A stretch of 64,000 nucleotides of DNA from Vulcanimicrobiales bacterium. Its GTDB lineage: Bacteria > Vulcanimicrobiota > Vulcanimicrobiia > Vulcanimicrobiales > Vulcanimicrobiaceae. Shown here piece after piece: positions 51,420 to 61,343 of this stretch (position 1 is the first letter of the stretch; every line of letters begins with the position of its first letter). The notes below the pieces were generated by a model, which did no database searches, was not told where the DNA came from, and saw only the letters and a list, made by a program, of their open reading frames with translations. The stretch is taken from assembly GCA_038215615.1 (NCBI GenBank), contig JBBQQR010000009.1:12682-76681 (forward strand). The letters are read 5' to 3'. The translations under genes and the position numbers were made by a program.

Positions 51420-52690
51420 GCCGGTTCGCGTGAGCGAGCCGGAGCCGAAATGAGCTGCGCCGCTCCAAGCCCGAGCACGATCCACCACCATCCGCCCACT
51501 TTCGGATAGAAGACGAGCAAGTCGACGACTTGATGCAATCCGATCGCGATGCTGCCGGCGAACGCCGCCAAAACAAACGGTGAACGAAGCCGGTCCCGAG
51601 CGAAGCTCGCGATCGAGACGTACGTCAGCCACAGCGTTGCAGCGAACAGTGGGATGCCGCCTTCTACCAGTGACTGCAGGTACAAGCTATTGGCATGCGT
51701 GCGCACCCCTCGCAGCCCGGTGAGAGGAATCTCCAGCTCAAAATTACCGGCGCCCACTCCAAATATCGGATGCTGACGCCACAGCGCAAACGCGGCACGC
51801 CACAGTTTCGAGCGAGTGCCCACTCCGCCGGCATAAGAAGAGTCGCTAAAATCGTAGAGCCGAAAAAACACCAGTGAGTGAGTGAGGAAACCGGCCGCGC
51901 CGATTGCGGCCAAAAGTCCGGCAGCCATGTACGCTAGCGGCCGCGCGATGTGGTGGCGTAGCGTGATCGCCACCGTCAACACCCCAGCAGCCGCGCCCAA
52001 CGCGCCTCCACGCGAAAACGTCAGCACGTCCGCAAGAACCATCAGAAAGAGTGCAGCTTGAATAAGGAATGACGGCGATCCGACGGAGAGCGCAAAAATC
52101 AACGGGATCGCCAGGTCGAAATATCCGGCAAGCTGGTTGGGTCCTTCCATTGGGCCGGCAATGCGAGGCATTTGATGCCCGTTGATACGCAGCAACGAAG
52201 TCGCCCCGTAAAACTCTTGGGCGAGCGCCAACAGTGAAACGAGCATGATCACAGCCACGCAGGCGTGCCGGACGACTGACGCGTTTGGCTCCAAGCGATA
52301 TGCGCTGACAATCGCAACGAACAACAGCACATACTCCGCCGCCTTCAGCGATTCGCGTGCTACCGGAGCGATGTATAGCGCATGAGCGGCGCTGAAAATG
52401 GTGGCTGCGAGCACCAAACAGCCCGCGATTACGAGGGTGCGCGAAGCGGCGGACGCTAGAGGCCGTAACCATCCGTGGTGCGTCGCAAGCCCGAGCAGAA
52501 CGCCCAGCAGCGTAGCTTTCGGAAGCGTGATCGTCGTTATCCACACGTCCCCGTAAATCGCGAACGGTTGGACGAGAATAAGAAGCGCGACTGCGTAGAT
52601 TGGGCGTCGCATCGCGATCATCGCGCCTGTCGTAAAGAGCGCGGCGTACGAGATCGTCGCAAGTGCGTCCGGAAAGGCGTACGTCGTCAC
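51410..52690 (-). CDS. O-antigen ligase family protein (paralog of 3894-5204)
   Basis: PRIAGPMEGPNQLA, TFSRGG, HANSLYLQSLVEGG, DLLVFYPKVG. Confidence 0.85.
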   Translation of the reverse strand: MTTYAFPDALATISYAALFTTGAMIAMRRPIYAVALLILVQPFAIYGDVWITTITLPKATLLGVLLGLATHHGWLRPLASAASRTLVIAGCLVLAATIFSAAHALYIAPVARESLKAAEYVLLFVAIVSAYRLEPNASVVRHACVAVIMLVSLLALAQEFYGATSLLRINGHQMPRIAGPMEGPNQLAGYFDLAIPLIFALSVGSPSFLIQAALFLMVLADVLTFSRGGALGAAAGVLTVAITLRHHIARPLAYMAAGLLAAIGAAGFLTHSLVFFRLYDFSDSSYAGGVGTRSKLWRAAFALWRQHPIFGVGAGNFELEIPLTGLRGVRTHANSLYLQSLVEGGIPLFAATLWLTYVSIASFARDRLRSPFVLAAFAGSIAIGLHQVVDLLVFYPKVGGWWWIVLGLGAAQLISAPARSREPACD

Positions 52691-52695
52691 GCGGC

Positions 52696-52723
52696 GGGCT
52701 TCGCTATAGCGGTCGCGAACCCC
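52696..52723. promoter_or_regulatory. Overlapping divergent GGG-N18-GAA promoters
   Basis: Plus strand: GGG 52696, GAA 52717, ATG 10 nt later. Minus strand: GGG 52723, GAA 52702, GTG 9 nt later. Confidence 0.55.
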
Positions 52724-52729
52724 GGCGCT

Positions 52730-54019
52730 ATGGATGAAACGGCGATGCGCCATTGCATCGAACGCAAGCGTGACGGCCACGCACTGTCGGCGACTGACTG
52801 GGACGCGATCATCGACGGTTTTATGGAAGGCCGCATAGACGAAGCACAGACCGCCGCGCTGTTCATGGCGTGCGTGTGGCGCGGTATGACTTTCGAGGAA
52901 GCCCACGCGCTGACCGATGCGATGGTGCGCAGCGGGGAAACGATTTCGTTCGACCGCGCCAGAGGCATCGTCGTCGATAAGCACTCGAGCGGAGGAGTCG
53001 CCGACATCGTCTCGTTGGTTGCGGTCCCGCTGGCGGCGGCGTGCGGCGCGCGCGTTGCAAAACTTTCGGGCCGGGCGCTTGGCCACACCGGTGGCACGAT
53101 CGACAAGCTCGAAGCAATTCCCGGTTTCAATGCTGCACTTTCGCTCGACACGTTCGTTCGCCAGGTCGAAACAATCGGTTGCGCGATTGCGGCGCAAACC
53201 CAAGCGCTGGTCCCGGCCGATAAACGGATCTACAACTTGCGCGATCGGACCGGTACGGTTCCCGCGATGGGGTTGATCGCTGCGTCGATCGTTTCGAAGA
53301 AAATCGCCTGTGGCGCGCATGCGATTGTGTTCGACGTAAAAACAGGTCCCGCGTCGTTTACGCCTCAACCGGATCAAGCTCGCGAGCTCGCGCGTTGGCT
53401 CGTTGAGATCTGCAAGGGATTCGGTCGCAAAGCCGTCGCCGTTGTCAGCGACATGCATCAGCCGCTGGGCCGCACCGTCGGCACGGGCATCGAAATGGTC
53501 GAAGCTCGCGACCTACTGCGGAATGGCGATAGTGTCATCCTGAGCTTGTCGAAGGACCCCGAGCGAAGCCGAGGGGTGAAGCTGATTTTAAAGATCGTCG
53601 CTGCGCTCCTGGACGCTTCGGAAATTTCCGGCGGCGAGAAACTCGCTGCGAAAGCCTTGGCCGGTGGAACGGGCTACGCGAAGCTCGTAGAAATGGTGGA
53701 AGCTCAAGGCGCGTCGCGCGGCGCCCTCGAGGGTATGGAGCTCGACTCGAAACCGCTTACCGCGAAGGCCTCGCAGTCGGGTTTTGTGCAATCGATCGAC
53801 GTGGTCCATTTAGGAAATGCCGGACGGCGGCTTTCCCACAGCGACTCCCTCGGCGGTTTGTTCGTAAACGTGGCAATCGGCGAACGCGTTGAAGCCGGTC
53901 AGCCGCTTGCGCGCGTCTATGGCAAAGACAAGGACCACGTTCGTAACTTGGAAGGCTCGTTCAAGATCGGCGCGGAGCCGGTTGAACCCCCCCCGCTGAT
54001 CTACGGCACCGTTACGTAG
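52730..54019 (+). CDS. pdp: Pyrimidine-nucleoside/thymidine phosphorylase (in-frame repeat insertion)
   Basis: KRDG, DKHSSGGV.D, SGRALGHTGGTIDKLE, PADK, SIVSKK, DVKTG. Confidence 0.93.
   Translation: MDETAMRHCIERKRDGHALSATDWDAIIDGFMEGRIDEAQTAALFMACVWRGMTFEEAHALTDAMVRSGETISFDRARGIVVDKHSSGGVADIVSLVAVPLAAACGARVAKLSGRALGHTGGTIDKLEAIPGFNAALSLDTFVRQVETIGCAIAAQTQALVPADKRIYNLRDRTGTVPAMGLIAASIVSKKIACGAHAIVFDVKTGPASFTPQPDQARELARWLVEICKGFGRKAVAVVSDMHQPLGRTVGTGIEMVEARDLLRNGDSVILSLSKDPERSRGVKLILKIVAALLDASEISGGEKLAAKALAGGTGYAKLVEMVEAQGASRGALEGMELDSKPLTAKASQSGFVQSIDVVHLGNAGRRLSHSDSLGGLFVNVAIGERVEAGQPLARVYGKDKDHVRNLEGSFKIGAEPVEPPPLIYGTVT
53533..53576 (+). repeat. Composite repeat in frame in pdp
   Basis: TGTCA-TCCT-GAG-CTTGT-CGA-AGGA-CCCC-GAG-CGAAGC-CGA-GGGG; encodes VILSLSKDPERSRG. 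Confidence 0.9.
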
Positions 54020-54020
54020 C

Positions 54021-54980
54021 TTACGAACGTTCGATATCTGAAATTAAGTAAAGCGGGCGCCCCTTCACTTCATCGTTGATTCGTCCGATGTACTCGCCGA
54101 GTATGCCGATGCCGATCAGTTGTACGCCGCCAAGAAAAAGAATCGCGACCATCGTCGAGGCCCAGCCGCGCGTATATTCCGGAATTCCCAAGCGAAATAA
54201 CCGGAAAAAGATAATAATGATCGCGTACAAAAAAGCGACCGTGCTAACCGTGAAGCCCAGGTATGAAGCGAAACGGAGCGGCACGTCTGAAAACGACGTG
54301 ATGCCGTCGATTGCGAATTTTAACATCTTGGACAGCGGATACTTGCTCGTACCGAACTGGCGCTCGTCGCGGTCGTACTCAACCGCGGTTTGCGCGAAGC
54401 CGGCCCAACTAACCATGCCGCGTAGAAACCGGTGGCGTTCGCGCGACCGCTTCAAAACTTCAATGACCCGGCGGCTCATCAGCCTGAAATCACCGGCGTT
54501 CATCGGTATCGATACACTTGTGAGGCGCCGGATGATCCGGTAGAACGCGCCCGCAGTTGCAAGCTTGAACCGGCTTTCACCCTTACGCGACCGACGCACC
54601 GCGTAGATGACGTCGTATCCTGCGCGCCAGCGCTCGACGAATTCCGGGATCAGCTCGGGCGGATCTTGCAGGTCGCCGTCCATCAACACGACCGCCTCGC
54701 CGCGCGAAACGTCCAGCCCCGCGGTGGCGGCGAGCTGGTGGCCAAAATTACGCGAGAGGTTCACAAAGACAACGTGTGGGTGGCGCTGCAACTCCTCGCG
54801 TATGCGGTCGGCCGTTGCGTCCGCGCTGCCGTCGTTCACCAGAACGAGCTCGTAGGTCGGATGGTCGGGCAGGCTTTCTAGAATGCCCCTCACGCGCTCG
54901 ACGAGCGGCGCAACATTTGCCTCTTCATTGAAAAGCGGCACGACGACGCTCAAAACAACGGGCGCCGCGTTGCTAGCCAT
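54021..54980 (-). CDS. GtrB/ArnC-like polyprenyl-phosphate glycosyltransferase
   Basis: VVPLFNEE, LSRNFGHQ, DGDLQDPP, GDFRL, two C-terminal TMs, GEYIGRI...RP.Y. Confidence 0.92.
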   Translation of the reverse strand: MASNAAPVVLSVVVPLFNEEANVAPLVERVRGILESLPDHPTYELVLVNDGSADATADRIREELQRHPHVVFVNLSRNFGHQLAATAGLDVSRGEAVVLMDGDLQDPPELIPEFVERWRAGYDVIYAVRRSRKGESRFKLATAGAFYRIIRRLTSVSIPMNAGDFRLMSRRVIEVLKRSRERHRFLRGMVSWAGFAQTAVEYDRDERQFGTSKYPLSKMLKFAIDGITSFSDVPLRFASYLGFTVSTVAFLYAIIIIFFRLFRLGIPEYTRGWASTMVAILFLGGVQLIGIGILGEYIGRINDEVKGRPLYLISDIERS

Positions 54981-55021
54981 CGAGAAGCGGTTCGCCACCC
55001 GTCGAGAGAATGGCCTTTATC

Positions 55022-55561
55022 ATGTCGCGTGCTGCGATGCTTGCCGCGTTTGCGGTCCTCGTTCTCATCGGCGCCGCAGCGCTTGATTGGTACAGCCACG
55101 TGCTTGCCGGAATGAACTCGGGCGGGCCGGTTCCGCTTCAATCGATCGCGCCGCGCGCGCCGACTGCCACGATCGCGCCTCGCCCCACAAGCCTACCGCC
55201 GGCCGTCAAACAAACCTCGGTTCCCACGAGCGGTCCGACCGTGCCGGCGTCAACAGCGACCCCGGCGGCAGCGGTGCCTCGCCAGCCGAAGATCATCAGT
55301 ATTTCGCTGAGTTCTTCGGTCGTTACCGGCGGTCAAATCGTGACGGGCACCGTGCGAACCACGACCGACGTCGTCGCCGTGAAAGCGCGCATCGCCGCCT
55401 ACTCGTCGCTGCTGACCAAAGTAGGCGCTGGCCACTTTGCCCTCTCTTACCGCGTGCCGAAATTGCCGTTCTTCTTGCACCGGACGTACACGATCGAAGT
55501 AACCGCCAGCAATGCCCGTGGGGAGTCAGATTCGAGCTCTTTGCCCATTACCGTGCGTTAG
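55022..55561 (+). CDS. Membrane-anchored protein with Pro/Thr linker and C-terminal beta domain
   Basis: N-terminal TM, P/T-rich linker, domain shared with the next gene. Confidence 0.7.
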   Translation: MSRAAMLAAFAVLVLIGAAALDWYSHVLAGMNSGGPVPLQSIAPRAPTATIAPRPTSLPPAVKQTSVPTSGPTVPASTATPAAAVPRQPKIISISLSSSVVTGGQIVTGTVRTTTDVVAVKARIAAYSSLLTKVGAGHFALSYRVPKLPFFLHRTYTIEVTASNARGESDSSSLPITVR

Positions 55562-55570
55562 ACCGTGTAG

Positions 55571-56044
55571 ATGTTCAAAATCGTCTTTGCCCTGATGGTT
55601 GGTGCGCCGCTCATGGCTGTTTCGCAGACGGCGCCGAGCCCTCGCCCGGTTCCCACTTCGAGTTCCGCCGTGACTTCGAGCCCGCTGCCGGCGGCGTCGC
55701 CGTCGTCGTCGCCTTCGCCCTCACCAACACCGTTACCGACCCCGCTGGTTTTGCCGGCCGCCGCAGCGCCGCAGATTATCGCCGTGAGCGTGAACGAGAC
55801 CGTCTTTCACAGCGGCGACACGATCACCGCGACCGTGATCACGTCAACCAACGTGCCGGCCGTGGAGCTCAGAGTGATGGGCAAAGTCATCAGGTTTGCG
55901 CGCGTCGATTTCGGCGTGTTCCAGTTGATCTACAAGCTGCCGCACATTCCGCGGCGTTATCTAAAGGACTATCCGGCCCAAATCGTTGCGATGAACACGA
56001 TCGACGTCTACGTCGCCCGCAACATCACAATTTCTTTCCGCTAG
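55571..56044 (+). CDS. Secreted protein, paralog of the upstream gene
   Basis: Signal peptide, SPSP linker, PQIIAVSV...ITATVITSTNV.AV. Confidence 0.7.
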   Translation: MFKIVFALMVGAPLMAVSQTAPSPRPVPTSSSAVTSSPLPAASPSSSPSPSPTPLPTPLVLPAAAAPQIIAVSVNETVFHSGDTITATVITSTNVPAVELRVMGKVIRFARVDFGVFQLIYKLPHIPRRYLKDYPAQIVAMNTIDVYVARNITISFR

Positions 56045-57851
56045 CGCGCACTGCGGCGTTCCCACCAAGCGCGGCGCGCAAGTTCGCGCGCGATTTCGGC
56101 ACCGACAAATTTTCGGCCGTACACGTCATAGTGGTTGTAGTACGAGTTGTACATCGGCTGATGGCCCGGACGGAATTCTTCGCTCAACATGAGGGGTCGC
56201 AAATCGATCATCGGCAAGCCGGACTCGGCAACTACCGTCGCAAGCGCTTGTTCCGAGCCCGTGTAATCGGCGCGCTGGTAAGGCTCGGGCAATTCGAGTT
56301 CACCCAAATAATCATCCCATGGTGCGAGTTCGCGGGCGACGGGATTGACGGCGACAAGGATCGGAATGCCGCTTTGTTTCGAAATTTGCGCGAGCGCTCT
56401 GAGATCCGCCAGCGTTTGCGACTTCCATTCCGAGATGTGCGCTGCGGCGACCGACATGATGTCGCCCGGCAGGCTCGCGGTGTTCAACTGCAGGACGATT
56501 GTTTGAAACCCCTCGGGTATTAATCTTTCCCGGATGACGGAGACGATGGCTGTCAGCTTCAGTCCCCCGTGCGCGTACGAGATGCAACGCGGCACGCGGC
56601 CGCTCGCCGCAAACTTCGGTCCGCGAGAAGCCCTTGCTCTATTGCGCTTTGGATGGATTCGGGCGTCGTCGTTGTGACCCAGACGTAAGAGTTGCCGATC
56701 AGCGCGATGCTGTAATCGTTGGGAGTGAAGCCGTAATCGCGAACGTCCGCAGGCGGCGGATCTTCCGGCTCGCGATCGAAAGTTGAAAGAAAACGGATGG
56801 CATGATTACCGGCGTCGGCGACGACGTACCCGCCGGCCGGCGATGCAACGATTGCAAGCGGAGTGTTGAACCGCGCAAAACGCCCGGTTCCGTCTGCGAA
56901 TCCACCGCCTCTTGCCGGCGCTCCGACGTCGGTCGATCCCGCGATGACGCGCATGTGGTTGTTGTGCAAGAAATCGATGTCGTGCATTCTCGGATCGACG
57001 GCGACGACGTCGTGCGTATCGAGACCGATCAACGCGTATGGAAAACCGCCGAACTCGGCTTCAAATACGCCGGCGACGTCGATATCTTTGCGCTCGCCGA
57101 ACATTCCGGCCCGGTAATGGCCCAGAACGTATCCGAAAGATTGCGGAAGGCGCCAAATACCCGTGGTGTCCGCCACGAGCAATGTGTCGCCGACGGTGTT
57201 GACCCCAGTGACTCCCGTTAAGTGCGCAGACGGCGTTCCTGCGATCGGATCCGAAACGTTTCCCGTAGCGTCGATCCTACGCAGACCGGCGACGTAATCG
57301 GCGACAAAGATCGTACCGTCGCGTGCCACCGCAATCCCGAGCGGCCGGGAGAACAGCGCGCTTGCCGCCGGTCCGGTTGCCGTGCCTGCGATCCCGCAGC
57401 GTCCGGCCAACGTCGTCACGACGCCGGAATGTATCCGTCGGATGCAGTGATTGGAGTCGTCGGCCACCAGGATGTCGCCCGCGGCCGTCATCGCGAGCCC
57501 TTTGGGCCGGTTGAAGCGTGCGCTCGCCGCAGGCCCGTCCGCGTATCCGCCATTGGCAATCGCCATCGGCGGCGCCGGTTTGCCCGCGAAGACGCGCCCG
57601 CGGCCAGACTTGTCGATCGCAAAGATCGCATGCTCGACCGCATCGGCGACGTAGAGCGTTCCGTCTTTCCCGTAGACGAGTCCGCTCGGCATCGCAAGCT
57701 TGATGGCCGTAACTCTGAGCGTCCTGACGGTTGCATCGGCTGGAACCGCTAGCGATGGCGCGATACGAGCGGCGAGTCCGAACGTGGGCGCGATGAAGAG
57801 CGATGCCAATCCGACGGCGGCGGCGCGCGGTAGTGTTCGGCGCGCTTCCAC
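56041..57851 (-). pseudogene. Secreted NHL-repeat protein with SGNH-like C-terminal domain, split by a 1-nt frameshift near 56611
   Basis: Repeated F..P.G.A...G...VAD..NH.IR motifs, then IALIGNSY; the downstream frame carries LQLN and NHY...G. Confidence 0.7.
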
Positions 57852-58690
57852 TATCTGCTGTTGCCCGGAGGCGGCGAAGGCGGCGGAGGCGTCGGGAGGT
57901 TGGGGAAGGGCGCCGGGTTATACGGCGTCGGCATCGAGAGCGGTACCGCCAGCGACGCGCCAGCCTGTTGATCAGCCCAGTGGTAGATCGTTTTCGTGAA
58001 CGTCTGCGCGTCTTCGTCGCCAATGCAGATCTGATAAGGATCCTGCTCTATCCCATTTTGGCCGACCTGCACCGATTGCATCGAGCCGCGATCGAACAAT
58101 ACGTGCAGAACGACTCCCGACATCAACTTGAGCTGCAGCCGGTAGTGCAGCGCGTCCCGCCGATCCATTCGATAGGCTTGTGCGTTCCAACCGCTTTGAT
58201 CCGAGGACATGTATACTGCGTCGGTGAGCGGCGTCGTAGCCGGAACCTGCACCGTGATATTTAAGGTGACGGATTTACCCGGCCGGATGTTCGCACAGGG
58301 CGAATTGCTGGCGGCGTGCTGGCCGAGATCGGGATTCGGTGCGGGCGTCGAGAGGACGATCGCAAAACGGCGCACCGCTGAGAAATCGCCTTCCGCCGCG
58401 AGCTTCGTCTTTGAAATCTCGAGTTTCGTGACGATTCCATTTTGATCGAAAGTAACGCGCGCATACTGGCGAGCTTGCGGCGGCTGGGCGGGCGCGCCCG
58501 TCTTAAGATCGACGATTACGATCGCCGGCGATACTCGAAATCCGTCACCGGTCGTAAAGAAGACGTAGCCTTTTTCGAAGTCCAGCACTTGCGCAGTTAC
58601 GATTGTCGTGCCCGCTTGCGCTGAGGCATGGAGCAGCGTTCCCGAAAGAATTGCGAGCGAAAGAATCGCCGCGAAAGCCGCTCGCATCAT
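57851..58690 (-). CDS. Secreted protein with CBM20-like C-terminal domain
   Basis: Signal peptide; VQVPATTP...VY.SS...GW.....M pattern resembles starch-binding CBM20; Pro-rich tail. Confidence 0.55.
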   Translation of the reverse strand: MMRAAFAAILSLAILSGTLLHASAQAGTTIVTAQVLDFEKGYVFFTTGDGFRVSPAIVIVDLKTGAPAQPPQARQYARVTFDQNGIVTKLEISKTKLAAEGDFSAVRRFAIVLSTPAPNPDLGQHAASNSPCANIRPGKSVTLNITVQVPATTPLTDAVYMSSDQSGWNAQAYRMDRRDALHYRLQLKLMSGVVLHVLFDRGSMQSVQVGQNGIEQDPYQICIGDEDAQTFTKTIYHWADQQAGASLAVPLSMPTPYNPAPFPNLPTPPPPSPPPGNSR

Positions 58691-61260
58691 CGCAGCACTT
58701 GGATGACGAAGTGCGGGCTCCAGCGCAGATTTGAATAATTGAAATAATATGCGCGTTGAATGTCGATCGACATATGCGGGTTTATTCGCATTCTCACCTC
58801 GGCCGTTACGTCATATGGCGGCTGACCCAGGAAGTTTTGAACGGTGAAGTTTCCCAAAATGTCCGGCTGCGCGAACGAGAAGAAAAACGGAATCGGGGCA
58901 GGGAAATCGGTATGCTTGCGCGCCAGCAGGTTGAACGTGAAATAGCCGGCGTTGCTGTAATTCAGTCCAAAACTTGCCGTGCGGAACGTGGCCAGGCCGT
59001 GAAACGCCTGATAGCCGGGGTACGCGACTCCGTTCACGACCGGAGTAAAGCCGGGGTAGATTATCGACTGCAGCGGGCCGTAATAATCCCCCACGTTTTG
59101 GACGCTGTACTCCAAGTATGCAAGGAAGTGAGCGTCGAGGATCTTGCTGAGGCTTACTTTGGTTTGTTCCGTGTCGATATAGTGCCCGGTCGAATTCCAT
59201 TGCCTCTGCTTATCGAACGAGCTGTTGAGCGCATAGTATTTGGTCGGCACGTTCGTATCGGAACCGAACTTAAAGTCCGGCACGTAGAGTTGGAAGCCGA
59301 GCTGATGCTGCCATATCGTGGTGTAATTCACGCCCCCCAAAGTTTGCAAGCCGAGGCTGTCGTGCTGATAGCCGAATCCGTAATTCATGTGCGCGTACAA
59401 ACGGCCGCCGTGGAAATACGGCGTCAAGGGCTGGTCGAACGTTTGGCCGAGAACTTGTAAGTTCGCGGGATGATTCGGGACCGTGCCATGGCACGGAGGG
59501 GCGCCATAGCAACCCAGCGGCAACAGCGAGAAGTTTTCGAATTGAAAGCTACTCTGCAGGTACGTGCCGCGCAGCGCCTGCGTCAGTTGAAGCGTCGTGA
59601 CTTGCTGCGATTCGAGCGGCGACGACAACCCGAATTGAAACGTATGCAGCTGGCTGAACGTGCGTATCTGCGTGTAGGGCGATGGCCGATCGGAAAGCAA
59701 GAGATCCCAGAACTTTGAAGGCCGCGTCATCGGATTGACGGAGAACACGGCGTACGCTTTCGGGCCGCTCAGGTGCTGTTCAAAGGAGAAATACGTTTTG
59801 TTAACCGTGTCGTAACGAAAGTGCAAGGCTGAAATAGAGTTCGCGTTGCCGGCGAATTCGTAGGTGGCGTCGTAGTTTGCGCCTGCCAGCGAATTGTCGC
59901 CAAGGTGCGGATCTGAAGAAAAGTTCACATAATACGACGGCAAGGGTAGATAAAAGCCAAGGCCGTTGGCGATATCGAAACGAGCGCTTCCAAACCGGAC
60001 GAACGATCGCGATTCGATCACGGCCGACTTCGTGAGGATGTACGGCTTCGTGTTTCCGAGGTCCGGGAAGTAGAATGTATCGCCGGGCATTTCGCGGCCC
60101 TTAGCGGGATGCGCAAAATCGCCGTCGAGGAACGTCCAATGGTCCGGTACGCCCGTCGCCGCTTGCGTGTCCCGGATGAACGGCACGAAATAGATGCGAT
60201 TGAAGTCCAGAAAATCCGCGACCGCGGCGCCGTCCTGAGAGCCGGTGGCGTTTTGCATGTGGGCGTGGCCGGCGATGACAAAACGGTTGAGTTTCAGATC
60301 CATCGAAAATGCATCGCCGGAAAGCGTCATGCCGTCGGATGTCCGGACCTGGACGTTTCCATCGGCTTCAACCAAAAAACTATCGTAGAAAAATTGAACG
60401 CGGTCCGCGTGCAGTCGAATCGTCGTCGCGTGCTGCGAGTCCGAGGTGACCGCGCCGAACAACGCTTCCGCCGCCATAGTCGCCCAGTCCGGAGTCTTGG
60501 CGCGTATCGGGTGGACGACGCCACGGGCGAGCTTCGGAGCGACCGGATCTGACCGGGCGGCGGGCGCCCAAAACCGTGGATGGGCCGCCAGCGAGGCGGC
60601 CGCTAGAGGTAAGGCGGTCGGCGCCGGTGACGAGGCCCGCGACGGGGACGCGGTGGTGAGGGCCGGGTTGACCGCGGCGACTACTTTGGGGGCCGACGTG
60701 CGCACGAGCCGGGGAGCTGTGCCGGTCGTGATCGCCCCGTGCATGTCCGCGCCCAGTAGATTCGCGCCCTGTAGGTTGGTACCGCGTAAATCTGCGTTTT
60801 GTAGGCTCGCAGTTTCGAGATTCGCACCGAGCAGGTCAGCTTGCCGTAAGTCCGCGCCGCTCAGGTTTGCGTGGAAAAGGAGGACGCCTTGGAGGTTCGC
60901 ATGCTGCAAGTTCGCGTTTTCGAAGATGGCGTCTTGTGAATTGCAACGCTGCAAGTTTGCGCCTAGCAAAGCCGCGCTCGCCAGGTTAGCGCCTTGCAGA
61001 CCGGCGCCTTGAAGGTTCGCCGAGCGCAGGTTGGCTCCGCGAAAGTCCGCGCCGCGCAGGTCTGCATTCTGAAAGTCGGCGTTGCGCAGGTCGGCATTTT
61101 CAAAGTCCGCGCGTTGCAAGACAGCGCCCTGAAAGTTGGCGCCTCGCAGATGCGCATTCTTGTAATTCGCCGTTTGCGAGGCCGCCGCAGCCGGCAGGGT
61201 TGCGTTTACGAGCATCGCGAGGCAGCCGAGTGCGCAGAACACGCGCGCGCGAAGGGGCAA
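58687..61260 (-). CDS. Secreted pentapeptide-repeat protein fused to a probable outer-membrane beta-barrel (LptD-like?)
   Basis: SD AAAGGAG before TTG 61260, signal peptide, A(N/D)L.. pentapeptide repeats, OstA-like ADRV..VEADGNV segment, aromatic beta-rich C-terminus. Confidence 0.65.
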   Translation of the reverse strand: MPLRARVFCALGCLAMLVNATLPAAAASQTANYKNAHLRGANFQGAVLQRADFENADLRNADFQNADLRGADFRGANLRSANLQGAGLQGANLASAALLGANLQRCNSQDAIFENANLQHANLQGVLLFHANLSGADLRQADLLGANLETASLQNADLRGTNLQGANLLGADMHGAITTGTAPRLVRTSAPKVVAAVNPALTTASPSRASSPAPTALPLAAASLAAHPRFWAPAARSDPVAPKLARGVVHPIRAKTPDWATMAAEALFGAVTSDSQHATTIRLHADRVQFFYDSFLVEADGNVQVRTSDGMTLSGDAFSMDLKLNRFVIAGHAHMQNATGSQDGAAVADFLDFNRIYFVPFIRDTQAATGVPDHWTFLDGDFAHPAKGREMPGDTFYFPDLGNTKPYILTKSAVIESRSFVRFGSARFDIANGLGFYLPLPSYYVNFSSDPHLGDNSLAGANYDATYEFAGNANSISALHFRYDTVNKTYFSFEQHLSGPKAYAVFSVNPMTRPSKFWDLLLSDRPSPYTQIRTFSQLHTFQFGLSSPLESQQVTTLQLTQALRGTYLQSSFQFENFSLLPLGCYGAPPCHGTVPNHPANLQVLGQTFDQPLTPYFHGGRLYAHMNYGFGYQHDSLGLQTLGGVNYTTIWQHQLGFQLYVPDFKFGSDTNVPTKYYALNSSFDKQRQWNSTGHYIDTEQTKVSLSKILDAHFLAYLEYSVQNVGDYYGPLQSIIYPGFTPVVNGVAYPGYQAFHGLATFRTASFGLNYSNAGYFTFNLLARKHTDFPAPIPFFFSFAQPDILGNFTVQNFLGQPPYDVTAEVRMRINPHMSIDIQRAYYFNYSNLRWSPHFVIQVLR

Positions 61261-61343
61261 CGTGGCAAATCTCCTTTGGCGTGCCGCACGTTCGCGTTTG
61301 GAAGAGGCTAGACCCCCGGACCCTTCGAAGGGCCGATTTCTTG

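Noticed and set aside
50080..56523. Long alternative-frame ORFs (50080-51576, 55087-56523; also 21381-22613, 19385-20464, 27714-28781)
   Set aside because: They are Arg/Ala-rich shadow ORFs overlapping well-supported genes, as expected in GC-rich DNA.
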